Source: an uncultured Chloroflexia bacterium (lineage in GTDB: Bacteria > Chloroflexota > Limnocylindria > Limnocylindrales > CSP1-4). From it: a stretch of DNA of 64,000 bases. Below the pieces are notes generated by a model. That model did not search any database, had not been told where the DNA came from, and saw nothing but the letters and a program-made list of their open reading frames with translations. Positions within the stretch are counted from its first letter, which is position 1; every line of letters starts with the position of its first letter. Position numbers and translations under genes: made by a program. Positions 1 to 8,841 of this stretch are shown piece after piece. The DNA lies in contig CAVOJY010000003.1 of assembly GCA_963696405.1 (NCBI GenBank), positions 66,407 through 130,406 of the forward strand, in the 5' to 3' direction.

Positions 1-79
1 CCTCCGCCATCTGGCTGCGGGCCGAGTTGCCCGTACAGACGAAGAGGACCCGGATGGGAAGGCCGGCACGGTCGTTCAT
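1..79 (-). CDS. LMW phosphotyrosine phosphatase / ArsC-type arsenate reductase family protein, N-terminal fragment (gene runs off window start)
   Basis: Own translation of the minus strand from ATG at 79 gives MNDRAGLPIRVLFVCTGNSARSQMAE. This contains the CX5R(S/T) P-loop VCTGNSARS. AAGGAG Shine-Dalgarno at about 85-90. Confidence 0.6.
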   Translation of the reverse strand, partial: MNDRAGLPIRVLFVCTGNSARSQMAE

Positions 80-235
80 GGGAGCTCCTTCCCGGGTCGT
101 TGCCACCTGGTCAACAGAGGGTTGGTCGGTGGAGTAGGGTCTGGTGGTGACCGGATCGAATCTGGATGGCATCATAGTGGAGGCGCTTCGGAACCTGCGA
201 CGATGACGGGCAGCGGATGATGGGAGCGGTGGACG

Positions 236-1459
236 ATGGGTCGGAAGAGAGGCAGGACCGGGCGGACGGCCAAACGCGACGAGCGTGACCAGGGCTACCC
301 GGCGAATGCCGACCGGGTGGTTCGGCGAGCGGTGCGGCGCCTGGTCAAGGTGGAGCGGCGGCTCGAGCGAGCCCGGCGTGAGCTTGACGAGTCGGCGGCG
401 GACATCGAGACTCTCCACGCCCAGATCCGGGCGCTGCGCGTGGCCATGATGGCCCCCGGGGTCGAGGCCGCGCCCGAGGCGCCCGCCGGGGAGCCGGTCA
501 TCGCCGAAGCGGCCGAGGAGTTCGCCATCCGCGTGGAGGTGACCGTCGCGGCAGAGCCGGCCGAAGTGCCGGTCATCGCCGAAGAGCCGGTCATTCCCGG
601 AGAGCCCCTCATCCCCGAGGAGCCGGCCGAAGAGCCGGCCGAGGAACCGACCGTCGTCGAGGAGGTCGCCGCTGCCGAGGAGATCGCCGTCGGTGATGGG
701 GCCGCCACCCTCGAGGAGTCGGCAGAGCTTTCCGAGGAGCTGGCCGTTCCCGACGAGTCCGCCGTTGCCGAGGGAGTTGGCCCGCCCGGCGGCGAGGTGC
801 AGCCCGGGCCGGAAGAGCCGGCCGGATGGGCCGACACGGGAGGGCCGGCCGTGAGCCCGGAAGCGGGCGAGGCACTCGAGGCGTCCTGGCCTTCGGCGAT
901 CACGGGCGTGCTGGAGCCCGGGATTCCGGCCACGGACCTTGAGATGCCAGCCGACGCAGGCGCTGTCGCGCAGGCCGAGATCGAGGCGGAGATCGAGGCG
1001 GAGATCGAGGCCGCCGCAGTCGCAGAGATCGAGACGGCCGAGACGCCAGGAGAGGCGCTGCTGGCCGAACCGGACCTGGGGCCGGCGGCCGTGCTGGCCG
1101 GCGACGTCCTCGAGCCAGGCGAGGCCCCACAGGCGGGCGAGACGGTGCTCGCGGCCGCTGAGGTGCCTCCGAGTCCGGCTCCGAGCTTCCCGGGGCAGGA
1201 CGTGCCGTCCAGCATGGATGTCTGGCCCAGCCCGACGCCCGGGCTCGCCCACGAGGATTCGCGCTGGCCGCTCCCGGAGGATGAGCCGGCGAGTTCGCCG
1301 GATGCTGCCGCCGAACCTGGCGCGCCGTCTGCCGCGGACGCGGCTGCGGCAGCCGAGACCGATGCGGACGCGGCGGTTTCGGACCTGGCCGACCAGGCCG
1401 CGCCTCAGCGGCGGATCTTCCGCGGCTGGCCCTTCATCGACCCGGAGCGGCGCTGGTAG
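236..1459 (+). CDS. Acidic Pro/Glu/Ala-rich low-complexity protein with basic coiled-coil N-terminus (hypothetical)
   Basis: 407-aa ORF. The N-terminal ~70 aa are basic with heptad-like content (VRRLVKVERRLERARRELDES). A long E/P/A/V-rich region follows with PVIAE, EEPAEEPAEEP and (EIEA)3 repeats, and the C-terminus is RRIFRGWPFIDPERRW. The antisense ORF is equally open, so coding is not certain. Confidence 0.45.
   Translation: MGRKRGRTGRTAKRDERDQGYPANADRVVRRAVRRLVKVERRLERARRELDESAADIETLHAQIRALRVAMMAPGVEAAPEAPAGEPVIAEAAEEFAIRVEVTVAAEPAEVPVIAEEPVIPGEPLIPEEPAEEPAEEPTVVEEVAAAEEIAVGDGAATLEESAELSEELAVPDESAVAEGVGPPGGEVQPGPEEPAGWADTGGPAVSPEAGEALEASWPSAITGVLEPGIPATDLEMPADAGAVAQAEIEAEIEAEIEAAAVAEIETAETPGEALLAEPDLGPAAVLAGDVLEPGEAPQAGETVLAAAEVPPSPAPSFPGQDVPSSMDVWPSPTPGLAHEDSRWPLPEDEPASSPDAAAEPGAPSAADAAAAAETDADAAVSDLADQAAPQRRIFRGWPFIDPERRW
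977..1012 (+). repeat. 3 x 12-bp in-frame tandem repeat (gagatcgaggcg) encoding (EIEA)3
   Basis: Read directly: gagatcgaggcg gagatcgaggcg gagatcgaggcc. Confidence 0.9.
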
Positions 1460-1474
1460 AGGCGGGCCGCCGGA

Positions 1475-3196
1475 TCAGAGCGCGCTGATCGCGCGCGAGA
1501 GCCCCCGCCGGAACTCGAGAGAGACCATCCGCCGCCAGGCCGGGCCCATGGTCCGCCGCAGGTGGGTGACCTCCAGCTCACGGTTCCGGAGGTAGCCGCC
1601 GACGGCATCTACCGTCGCCGGGGCCAGGTGCGCGGACCGCTCGACGAGGAACGTGCGCGCGAGGGTGGCCGCCACGTCTGCGTCGTGGAGGAGGCCAAGG
1701 TGGTCCTGGAGCGCGGTGACGCGCTCGATGAGCATCGGCGCCTCCGGCCCGAGCGCCTCGCGGAAGAACTCGATCGTGTAGCGAAGGCGCTTGCCCGCGA
1801 TCCGGAGCTGGTGAATGGTCGCGAGGTCGGCCCAGCGGAGAACGCCGTCGTACGCCCGGACGTGCTCGTAGGCCGCCCAGATCCGGCTGCCGGCGCTGTC
1901 GCGGACCCGCTGAGGCTGGGTGGCCGTGACCCGCGAGATGCCCGCACCGTCAGTCCGCACGAACTCGACGTAGTCCTCGACAAACCGGCGATAGGCATCG
2001 GACTCGAAGATCTGCGCCAGGGCCCGGCGCGCCTGGGCGCGCTCATCGCGCCATGAGGCGGCAAGCGGGGCAATCGAGACGGCATCGGCTGGCGGAAGGT
2101 GCGCGCTGTAGGCGTCGAGCCCGTCGATGAGGACGTCAAGGTCGCGAACACGCCCGAGGGCGGCGGCGAGCGAACGCAGCTCGTCCACGTAGCGGCGAAC
2201 GCGGCCCGGTCGGTAGGCGTCGCCGAAGACACGCCAGGCGGCCCGCATGCGGCGGCTCGCCACGCGCATCGCATGAAGCTCCTCGGGATCCTTTCCTGCC
2301 CGGGTTCCCGACTCCCGGGCGAGCATGCGGGCGAGGTGGAACCGGAGGATCTTCCGGCCGGCCTCAGCAAGCGGGTCGGCGGCCTGAACCCCGGGGGTCT
2401 TCCCGATGGCCAATCCGAGGCGGCCGGCTTCCGGTTGAGGGGCGGTCTCCACCGCGGGCTCGGCGATGCCGGCATCGCCCGGCCCAACGTCCTCGACCAG
2501 GAGCGAACCCCGCTCGAACTTGGACGCCGGCTCGGGCTCCACGAGTCCGGACGCGTCGAGCGCCGCCGCAAGGACAGCCATCTGGGACTCATCGCCGGTC
2601 TGCAACTCGAGCTCGAGGTCGCCGAGCACTCCCGCAACCCGGTCGCCGGTGAGCACGTCGGCAGCATCGACCGTGAGCAGGATGGTTCCTGCGTTGCCGG
2701 CAAGCAGGCGCTCATCGCGACGCTGCTGGAGGCGGAACCGCTCCACGATCGGGGCGCCGGCAGCCAGGTCCTGGAGGCGCTCGCGCGCCGCGCTCGGCGG
2801 CCATGCGCCCGGGTTGAGATCGCCCGTGGCCGGACCGCCGAGCTCCTCCCGCCGATGGAGCGCCTCGATCCCCGCGGCCTCGCTGGCCAGCGACTTCAGC
2901 TCGATCGTGACGCGACCGTCGCGCGTGCGCAGCCGTGCGGCATAGCCGGCTCGCTCGATGGACCGCTCGGCGGTGTCAACGTAGCGGTCCTCGACGAGGG
3001 CAAGTCGAGGCGCGCCGACACGGTACCCGGCCATCTCGCCCGTCGCGAGCAGCTCGCTGAGGCCCGCCGGGTCCCGCACCGCGTACTTCAGCTCGACTTC
3101 GAGCCGGCCCGGCAGTTCGCCGCCCGTCGGGTCTCCCGGGACACCGCCCGCCGGCTCCGCCGGGTCGCCGCCTGGGGCGGCCCTGTCGTCGTTCAT
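1475..3196 (-). CDS. CYTH domain + CHAD domain protein
   Basis: N-terminal LEVELKYAV with the later ELELQ pattern of CYTH triphosphate-tunnel enzymes. C-terminal CHAD-like helical repeats (EELHAMRVASRRMRAAWRVFGDAY, IHQLRIAGKRLRYTIEFF). Lies next to ppk1. Confidence 0.85.
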   Translation of the reverse strand: MNDDRAAPGGDPAEPAGGVPGDPTGGELPGRLEVELKYAVRDPAGLSELLATGEMAGYRVGAPRLALVEDRYVDTAERSIERAGYAARLRTRDGRVTIELKSLASEAAGIEALHRREELGGPATGDLNPGAWPPSAARERLQDLAAGAPIVERFRLQQRRDERLLAGNAGTILLTVDAADVLTGDRVAGVLGDLELELQTGDESQMAVLAAALDASGLVEPEPASKFERGSLLVEDVGPGDAGIAEPAVETAPQPEAGRLGLAIGKTPGVQAADPLAEAGRKILRFHLARMLARESGTRAGKDPEELHAMRVASRRMRAAWRVFGDAYRPGRVRRYVDELRSLAAALGRVRDLDVLIDGLDAYSAHLPPADAVSIAPLAASWRDERAQARRALAQIFESDAYRRFVEDYVEFVRTDGAGISRVTATQPQRVRDSAGSRIWAAYEHVRAYDGVLRWADLATIHQLRIAGKRLRYTIEFFREALGPEAPMLIERVTALQDHLGLLHDADVAATLARTFLVERSAHLAPATVDAVGGYLRNRELEVTHLRRTMGPAWRRMVSLEFRRGLSRAISAL

Positions 3197-3244
3197 CGCC
3201 TGTCTCCCTCGCGCCCGTTCCGTTTCGTAGCCTGTTCCGTTTCG

Positions 3245-5350
3245 TCAGCCTGCCGCCGCAGCTGAAACCCTGGCGTTCGCGGTCAGCTCCTCGAACGTGT
3301 CCACGCCGGAGGGCTGGGCGAGCGACGCCTCGACCCGACGCCATTCGCGATCGGCACCCAGCTCCCAGGCGCGCCGGTCGTCGGTCAGCATGACCCCGAG
3401 CACCTCCCTGAGCCGGGCCTGGAGCGCCGGATCGTCAACCGGCGCGATCACCTCGACCCGCCGGTCGAGGTTCCGTTCCATCATGTCCGCCGACCCGATG
3501 AAGTAGCGTTCCTCGCCGGCGTTGCGGAAGTAGAGGATCCGCGAGTGCTCGAGGTAGCGGCCCACGATCGACCGCACGCGGATGGTCTCGCTCGTCCCTG
3601 GGATCCCCGGCACGAGCGAGCACGTTCCCCGGACCAGGAGGTCGATGCGCACGCCGGCCTCGCTCGCACGGTAGAGGCCCTCGATCACCCCGGGGTCGAC
3701 AAGGGCATTCAGCTTCATGATGACGTGTCCGCCGGCTCCGTCACGCTGGTGAGCGGTTTCGGCAGTCAGCAGCTCGAGGATCCGCTCGCGCAGCCCGAAC
3801 GGTGCGACGAGCATTCGCCGGAACATCGGCTGCCGGGACACGCCGGTGAGGTAGTTGAAGAGGTCCGTGGCGTCGGCCGAGATGGGCGAGCTGCACGTGA
3901 GGAGGCCCAGGTCCGTGTACAGGCGCGCGGTGCGAGTGTTGTAGTTACCCGTGCCGACGTGCACGTAGCGTCGCAGGCCCCGCCCCTCCCGTCGAACGAT
4001 GAGCAGCACCTTCGCGTGGGTCTTGAGGCCGACGAGCCCGTACACGACGTGGGCCCCCGCGCGCTCCAGGGCGCGCGCCCAGCCGATGTTCGCCTCCTCG
4101 TCGAACCGCGCCTTCAGCTCGACGAGGACGACCACCTGCTTGCCGTTCTCGGCGGCCCGGATGAGAGCCCGCACGATCGGCGAGTCCCCGCCTGCGCGGT
4201 ACAGCGTCTGCTTGATGGTCAGGACATCCGGGTCAGACGCCGCCTGCTCGACGAGCTGCAGCACGGACGTGCCGAACGACTCATAGGGGTGATGGAGGAG
4301 GATGTCGCCCGCTCGCATCGCGGCGAACACGTCGATGGCCTGGTCCGGGTCCGGGGGCGCGAGCCGCGGCGGGGTGACCGGCGACCACGGCACGTAGTGA
4401 AGGGATGGCTCGTCAAGATCGGCGATCTCGTACAGGGCGGTAAGGTCGAGCGTCCCCGCGATGTCGTACGTGTCCTCCTCGGACAGGCGCAGCCCGCGCT
4501 GGACGAGTGCCCGCGTGGATGCCGGGATCGAGCGCTCCACCTCCAGGCGGACGACGTCGCCGAAGCGCCGCTTGCGGATCTCCTCCTCGATGGCGAGCAG
4601 AAGGTCGTCGGCCTCGTCCTCCTCGATCGAGAGATCCGCGTTGCGGGTGACCCGGAAGAGGTGGTGGTCGAGCACGTCCATCCCCGGGAAGAGGGCGTCG
4701 AGGTTGGCCGCGATGACCTGCTCGAGCAGGATGTAGGTGCGGAGGCCGACCTCGACCAGCCGCGGCAGTACCGGCGGCACCTTGATGCGGGCGAACCGCG
4801 GCTCGTCCGTCCCGGGGTCGCGGACGGTGACTGCCAGCGACAGGGAGAGGTTGCTGATGTAGGGGAACGGATGGCCGGGGTCCACGGCGAGCGGCGTGAG
4901 AACCGGGAAGATCTCGTCGACGAACTGCTGGCGCAGCTCGCGATGGCGCTCCGGCCGCTCCTCGTACGACACGACCCGGATGCCGTGGCCGGCCAGCTCG
5001 TCACGGACGGCGGCGAACGCCTGCGAGTGGCGGGCCACGAGCGGAACGACGCGGGACCGGATCTCCTTCATCGCTTCGGCAGCGGACAGGCCGTCAGGGG
5101 CGGCCCGTACGTGCCCCGCGGTCAGCTGCTGCTTGAGGCCGGCTACCCGGACCTGGAAGAACTCGTCGAGGTTGCCGGCGAAGATGGCGAGGAAACGGGC
5201 GCGCTCGAGCAGCGGGTTCCGCTCGTCGATGGCCTCGAACAGGACCCGCTCGTTGAAGTCGAGCCACGACAGCTCACGGTTGACGTAGGGGAGGGACGTG
5301 GGGCGTACGCCCGCCGGATGCTGCTCGGCGCTGCGGCGGAGAGCGGTCAT
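3245..5350 (-). CDS. ppk1: Polyphosphate kinase 1
   Basis: 701 aa. Classic PPK1 N-terminus YVNRELSWLDFNERVLFEA and FLAIFAGNLDEFFQVRV, followed by PLD-like C-terminal domains (THAKVLLIVRRE, GSADMMERNLDRRVE). Confidence 0.95.
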   Translation of the reverse strand: MTALRRSAEQHPAGVRPTSLPYVNRELSWLDFNERVLFEAIDERNPLLERARFLAIFAGNLDEFFQVRVAGLKQQLTAGHVRAAPDGLSAAEAMKEIRSRVVPLVARHSQAFAAVRDELAGHGIRVVSYEERPERHRELRQQFVDEIFPVLTPLAVDPGHPFPYISNLSLSLAVTVRDPGTDEPRFARIKVPPVLPRLVEVGLRTYILLEQVIAANLDALFPGMDVLDHHLFRVTRNADLSIEEDEADDLLLAIEEEIRKRRFGDVVRLEVERSIPASTRALVQRGLRLSEEDTYDIAGTLDLTALYEIADLDEPSLHYVPWSPVTPPRLAPPDPDQAIDVFAAMRAGDILLHHPYESFGTSVLQLVEQAASDPDVLTIKQTLYRAGGDSPIVRALIRAAENGKQVVVLVELKARFDEEANIGWARALERAGAHVVYGLVGLKTHAKVLLIVRREGRGLRRYVHVGTGNYNTRTARLYTDLGLLTCSSPISADATDLFNYLTGVSRQPMFRRMLVAPFGLRERILELLTAETAHQRDGAGGHVIMKLNALVDPGVIEGLYRASEAGVRIDLLVRGTCSLVPGIPGTSETIRVRSIVGRYLEHSRILYFRNAGEERYFIGSADMMERNLDRRVEVIAPVDDPALQARLREVLGVMLTDDRRAWELGADREWRRVEASLAQPSGVDTFEELTANARVSAAAAG

Positions 5351-5389
5351 GGCTGTCCCGCGCCGCGGGCGCGCTCGCTCGGGTGCTCG

Positions 5390-5755
5390 TTACGGTGCTC
5401 CACCACCGTGCTCACCGCGGTGCTCGCCGCACGGGCAGTTCGCGCGCAGCAGCTCGAAGGTGAAGAAGCCCGAATCGTGGCCGTCCCCCCAGGCGGGGGC
5501 CAGCGCGTACGAGCCGACGAGCCGAAGGTCGACGAGCTGTGTTTGCGCCGACGTGAGCGTGGGCGCCGAGTCGAGCCACCCGGGAGCCCCGCCTTCGCCG
5601 CGGCAGTACGCACATGGGCAGAGCCAGCGGAGGACGGCGAAACCGTACTCCGACCGATGCCCGTCGGCCCACTCGATCTCGACCACCGCTCGGGGGCGGT
5701 CGGCGTGGATCCGGGCCGGCGCGAGGTACTCGTGGCCGGTGGTGTAGGCGGGCAT
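5390..5755 (-). CDS. DUF971 domain protein
   Basis: 121 aa with LRWLCPCAYC and LLRANCPCGEH motifs typical of DUF971 (gamma-butyrobetaine hydroxylase-like N-terminal domain). Confidence 0.6.
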   Translation of the reverse strand: MPAYTTGHEYLAPARIHADRPRAVVEIEWADGHRSEYGFAVLRWLCPCAYCRGEGGAPGWLDSAPTLTSAQTQLVDLRLVGSYALAPAWGDGHDSGFFTFELLRANCPCGEHRGEHGGGAP

Positions 5756-5776
5756 TGCCGGATTGTAAGCGCAGGA

Positions 5777-6237
5777 TCAGGAACGGAGGACCAGCTCGAT
5801 GGTCGTGGGGGTCCCCTCGGTGATCCGCACCGATCCGGACCCCACGTCCGATTCGAACGTGACGACCCGGGCGCCGCCCTCGCTCCCGACCGCGGGATCG
5901 GCGCCGAGGTCGCGGAGCGCCTTCGTGTAGAAGTCGACGAGCTCGGCCTCGGAGAGCCCGGAACTCATGCGGACGGTGAGGGCCCCGTCGCGACCTGGGT
6001 GTCCACGATGAACGTGTTCGCCGGGACGAGCTCCTTCGGCAGGTCCGGGACGCCCACAGCGACGTCCGGAGTGCCGTCGACGAGGCCGCCGCCGATGCCA
6101 CCGGTGGGGGCGGCCGGGGTCGAGCCGGGTGCCGTCCCGCAGCCCGCAAGCGCAAGCGCCAGGACGAGGGTGGCGACAAGGACGGCGGGGAAGGCGGCGG
6201 CTTGGTGAGCCGGCGCCGCGGCCGTGGTCGGCGGCAT
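5777..6237 (-). pseudogene. Lipoprotein gene with interrupted frame (1-nt indel or sequencing error in a GGGGCCC run)
   Basis: ORF 5965..6237 encodes a signal peptide plus lipobox (LALALAGCG) and stops at ...VATGPSPSA*. The protein-like C-terminus (LTVRMSSGLSEAELVDFYTKALRDLG...IELVLRS) continues in another frame (ORF 5777..6280). The two join if one base is added or removed at 5980-5986. Confidence 0.5.
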
Positions 6238-6376
6238 GCGGTACCTCGATCGGTGGTGGAGCGACCGGAACGCTCCGCACCGTGGAGTCTAGCCCGGACC
6301 GCCACTGCCCTCCGGCGGACCCGCCGTGGGGGAGGCCTCTCTCGCAACGGCCGGCCGACCTCGCGGGCTCATGCAG

Positions 6377-7339
6377 CTACTTCGTGATGATCGTCCCGGT
6401 CCTGCCTGCGAGCGCGTCGATAGCCTTGTCCAGCGACGTGACGATGGCTCTCTCGCCACCCCACTCGACGAACTTGATGGCCGACGCGATCTTCGGGCCC
6501 ATGCTGCCGGCGAGGAAGTGGCCCTCGGCGGCGTGCTTCTTGATGTCCTCGACGCTGATGTGGCCGATGGGCTGCGCGTTCGCCTTGCCGTAGTTCAGGA
6601 TCGCGTGCTCGACATCGGTCAGCATCATGAACGTGTCGGCCGCGATGCCCTCTGCAAGCACCTCGCCGGCGCGGTCCTTGTCGATGACGGCCTCGAGGCC
6701 CTGGTAGTTGCCGTCAGCATCCTCCATGACGGGGATCCCGCCGCCGCCGGAGGCGATGACGATGATGCGGGCGTCGAGCATCTTGTTGATGACCCTGAGC
6801 TCGGCATTGCGGGTCGGGATCGGAGACGGCACGGTACGACGCCAGCCCTTCTCGGCGGACGGCTTGACGTGCTTGATGATGTAGTCCGGGTGCGCTTCCT
6901 TCAGGGCCTTGGCCTCCTCTTCGGAGAAGAAGTTGCCGACCGGCTTGGAGGCGTTGTCGCCCACGAACTCGGGGTCGTTCGGGTCCACGACGACCTGGTT
7001 GACGATGGCAACGACGTCCACGTCAAGGCCGTGTGCCTTCAGGTGCTTCTCCATCGTGTTCATGAACATGTAGCCGATCTGGCCCTGGGTCATGGCGCCG
7101 ACCACGTCGAGCGGCTGCGCCGGGACCTTCTCCTTGCCGGCGACCTGCTGAACGTCCAGGTTGCCCGACTGCGGGCCGTTGCCGTGCGTGATGGCGAGCC
7201 TGTCGCCACCCCTGAACCCGCTCACGATCTTCGCGAGCGCCTCGGCGGTGACTTCGCAGTTCGCGAACTGCTCCGCTGCCGTGCCTGCCTCATGAGCCTG
7301 TTTGATGGCGTTGCCGCCGAGAGCTACGAGTACTCTCAC
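6377..7339 (-). CDS. arcC: Carbamate kinase
   Basis: MRVLVALGGNAI..., ITHGNGPQSGN and IASGGGGIPV motifs. GTG start preceded by GGAGGA. Confidence 0.9.
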   Translation of the reverse strand: MRVLVALGGNAIKQAHEAGTAAEQFANCEVTAEALAKIVSGFRGGDRLAITHGNGPQSGNLDVQQVAGKEKVPAQPLDVVGAMTQGQIGYMFMNTMEKHLKAHGLDVDVVAIVNQVVVDPNDPEFVGDNASKPVGNFFSEEEAKALKEAHPDYIIKHVKPSAEKGWRRTVPSPIPTRNAELRVINKMLDARIIVIASGGGGIPVMEDADGNYQGLEAVIDKDRAGEVLAEGIAADTFMMLTDVEHAILNYGKANAQPIGHISVEDIKKHAAEGHFLAGSMGPKIASAIKFVEWGGERAIVTSLDKAIDALAGRTGTIITK

Positions 7340-7534
7340 CTATTCCTCCGGCACTTGTCTGCGCTCAGACCGTCTCGTGCGACGCGCGCCGGAGGTATCC
7401 AGAAACCCGGGCGGGCAGGCCGTCGCAGGAAAGAGGCATCGTAACAGGACCCGGCGCTGCCACGCGCAGCGACACGGCCACGCACGGCAGCGCCGCCGTG
7501 CGCGCGTGGCTCGCCCTTGACCGCTCTGCCGCCG

Positions 7535-8653
7535 TCAGCCGAACAGGATGCTCGCGACCACCAGTGTGAGCGTCAGGTTGAACACCGTGGCAGCGGCGAA
7601 GACGGCCAGCGGCCGCCACCCCGCCTGTCGGACCGGACCGACCCGGAACTCGAGCCCGATACAGACGAAGGCGAGCATGAAGAACCAGATGCGCAGGGTG
7701 TTGGCCACCCCGATCGCCGACTTGGCCGTTGCCTCGTCCACCGTGCCCTGCCACCAGGTGACGATGATCGATGCGAGGACGAAGCCCAGGACGAACTTCG
7801 GAAAGCGGTGCCAGATGTCCATGACGCCGGGACGGGCGGACCCGGGCGCCCGCTCGACCCGCGCCACGTAGTAGAGGGCAAGGAGGAAGGCCACCACGCC
7901 GATGAGAGCGTTCTGGGTGCTCTTCACGATCGACGCGATGTCGAGCGCCTCCTTGCCGGCGATGGATCCCGCGGCCGTCACCGCCGCCGTGGTGTCGATG
8001 TTGCCGCCGATCCATGCCCCGGTCACCACCTGCGAGAGCCCCAGCTGCGTCGCCAGCCAGGGCTGGATGAAGATCGACGGCAGCGCGAAGAGGATGACGA
8101 GGCCGGTCGCATACGCGAGGTCCTCCTTCTTCGCGTGGACCGCCCCGGCAGCGGCGATGGCCGCGCTCACCCCGCAGATCGCGAGCGCCGCCGCGAGCAG
8201 GGCCCGGAGCTTCGCCTCGAGCCCGAGGGCCCCGGCCAGGAACCAGGTGAACAGGAACACGGATGTGACGACGATGAGCGCCTGCACCACCGACGAGCCG
8301 AGGTACTTCATGATGAGCGACAGGTTGACCGACGCGCCCAGGAGGACCAGGCCGGTCTTGATGAAGAACTCGGTCCGGAACGCAGCGTTCACGCGATCGC
8401 GCACGCCGAGCGCAACAAGGACGGCGCCGCCGAGCAGGCCGACCACGATCGCGTAGACGGGGAACTCGATCGTCTTCGCCACGCCCTCCCAGTCGGTGCC
8501 CTTGGCCCACGACGGGACGTTGAGGTCGAGGAACCGGGCGAGGCCGGCGAGCCCGAACACGATGATGAGCGAGATCACGATGTTGACCGGGCGGCGCGCC
8601 TCGTTCGCCACGACCAGGTCCCCCCGGGACTCGAGCTGGGCGTCGGCCGTCAC
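7535..8653 (-). CDS. YeiH/UPF0324 family membrane protein (putative sulfate-exporter family transporter)
   Basis: Polytopic membrane protein with the family-typical LAICGVSAAIAAAGA and WIGGNIDTTAAV segments. Its GTG start overlaps the upstream stop (GTGA). Confidence 0.75.
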   Translation of the reverse strand: MTADAQLESRGDLVVANEARRPVNIVISLIIVFGLAGLARFLDLNVPSWAKGTDWEGVAKTIEFPVYAIVVGLLGGAVLVALGVRDRVNAAFRTEFFIKTGLVLLGASVNLSLIMKYLGSSVVQALIVVTSVFLFTWFLAGALGLEAKLRALLAAALAICGVSAAIAAAGAVHAKKEDLAYATGLVILFALPSIFIQPWLATQLGLSQVVTGAWIGGNIDTTAAVTAAGSIAGKEALDIASIVKSTQNALIGVVAFLLALYYVARVERAPGSARPGVMDIWHRFPKFVLGFVLASIIVTWWQGTVDEATAKSAIGVANTLRIWFFMLAFVCIGLEFRVGPVRQAGWRPLAVFAAATVFNLTLTLVVASILFG

Positions 8654-8841
8654 GGCACGATCCCCTTCGGGATGATTCCCAGGAGGACGAGCGCGAGAAG
8701 GAAGAGGCCGAGCAGCGTCGCCGCAAGGTCCTCGCTGATCCCGTAGCCCCGCGAGGCGTCGGGCTCGATTCCGGGTGTGGTACCGGTCTCCGTCTCCCCG
8801 GATGCGTCCGCTGGGGACCGTTCCATGTCGCCGCTGCTCAC
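8650..8841 (-). CDS. Small membrane protein (hypothetical)
   Basis: 63 aa with an acidic N-terminus and one TM helix (LAATLLGLFLLALVLLGII). GTGA overlaps with both neighbours suggest translational coupling. Confidence 0.4.
   Translation of the reverse strand: MSSGDMERSPADASGETETGTTPGIEPDASRGYGISEDLAATLLGLFLLALVLLGIIPKGIVP

Noticed and set aside
977-1012. Tandem 12-bp repeats considered as a possible CRISPR or mini-satellite
   Set aside because: The repeats are contiguous with no spacers, are in frame, and lie within a low-complexity coding region. This is not a CRISPR array.
3545-6208. 887-aa plus-strand ORF spanning the ppk1 region
   Set aside because: It is antisense to clearly identified ppk1/DUF971. 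Its composition is R/G/P/A/D-rich shadow-type with no recognisable domain, as is typical of high-GC antisense frames.
7340-7534. Possible guanidine-II (mini-ykkC)-type ACGA hairpin or sigma-54 promoter in the carbamate kinase leader
   Set aside because: The ACGA is not closed by a proper stem (only a 4-bp stem with a 6-nt loop is possible), and there is no second hairpin. The TGGCA element lacks the correctly spaced TTGC.
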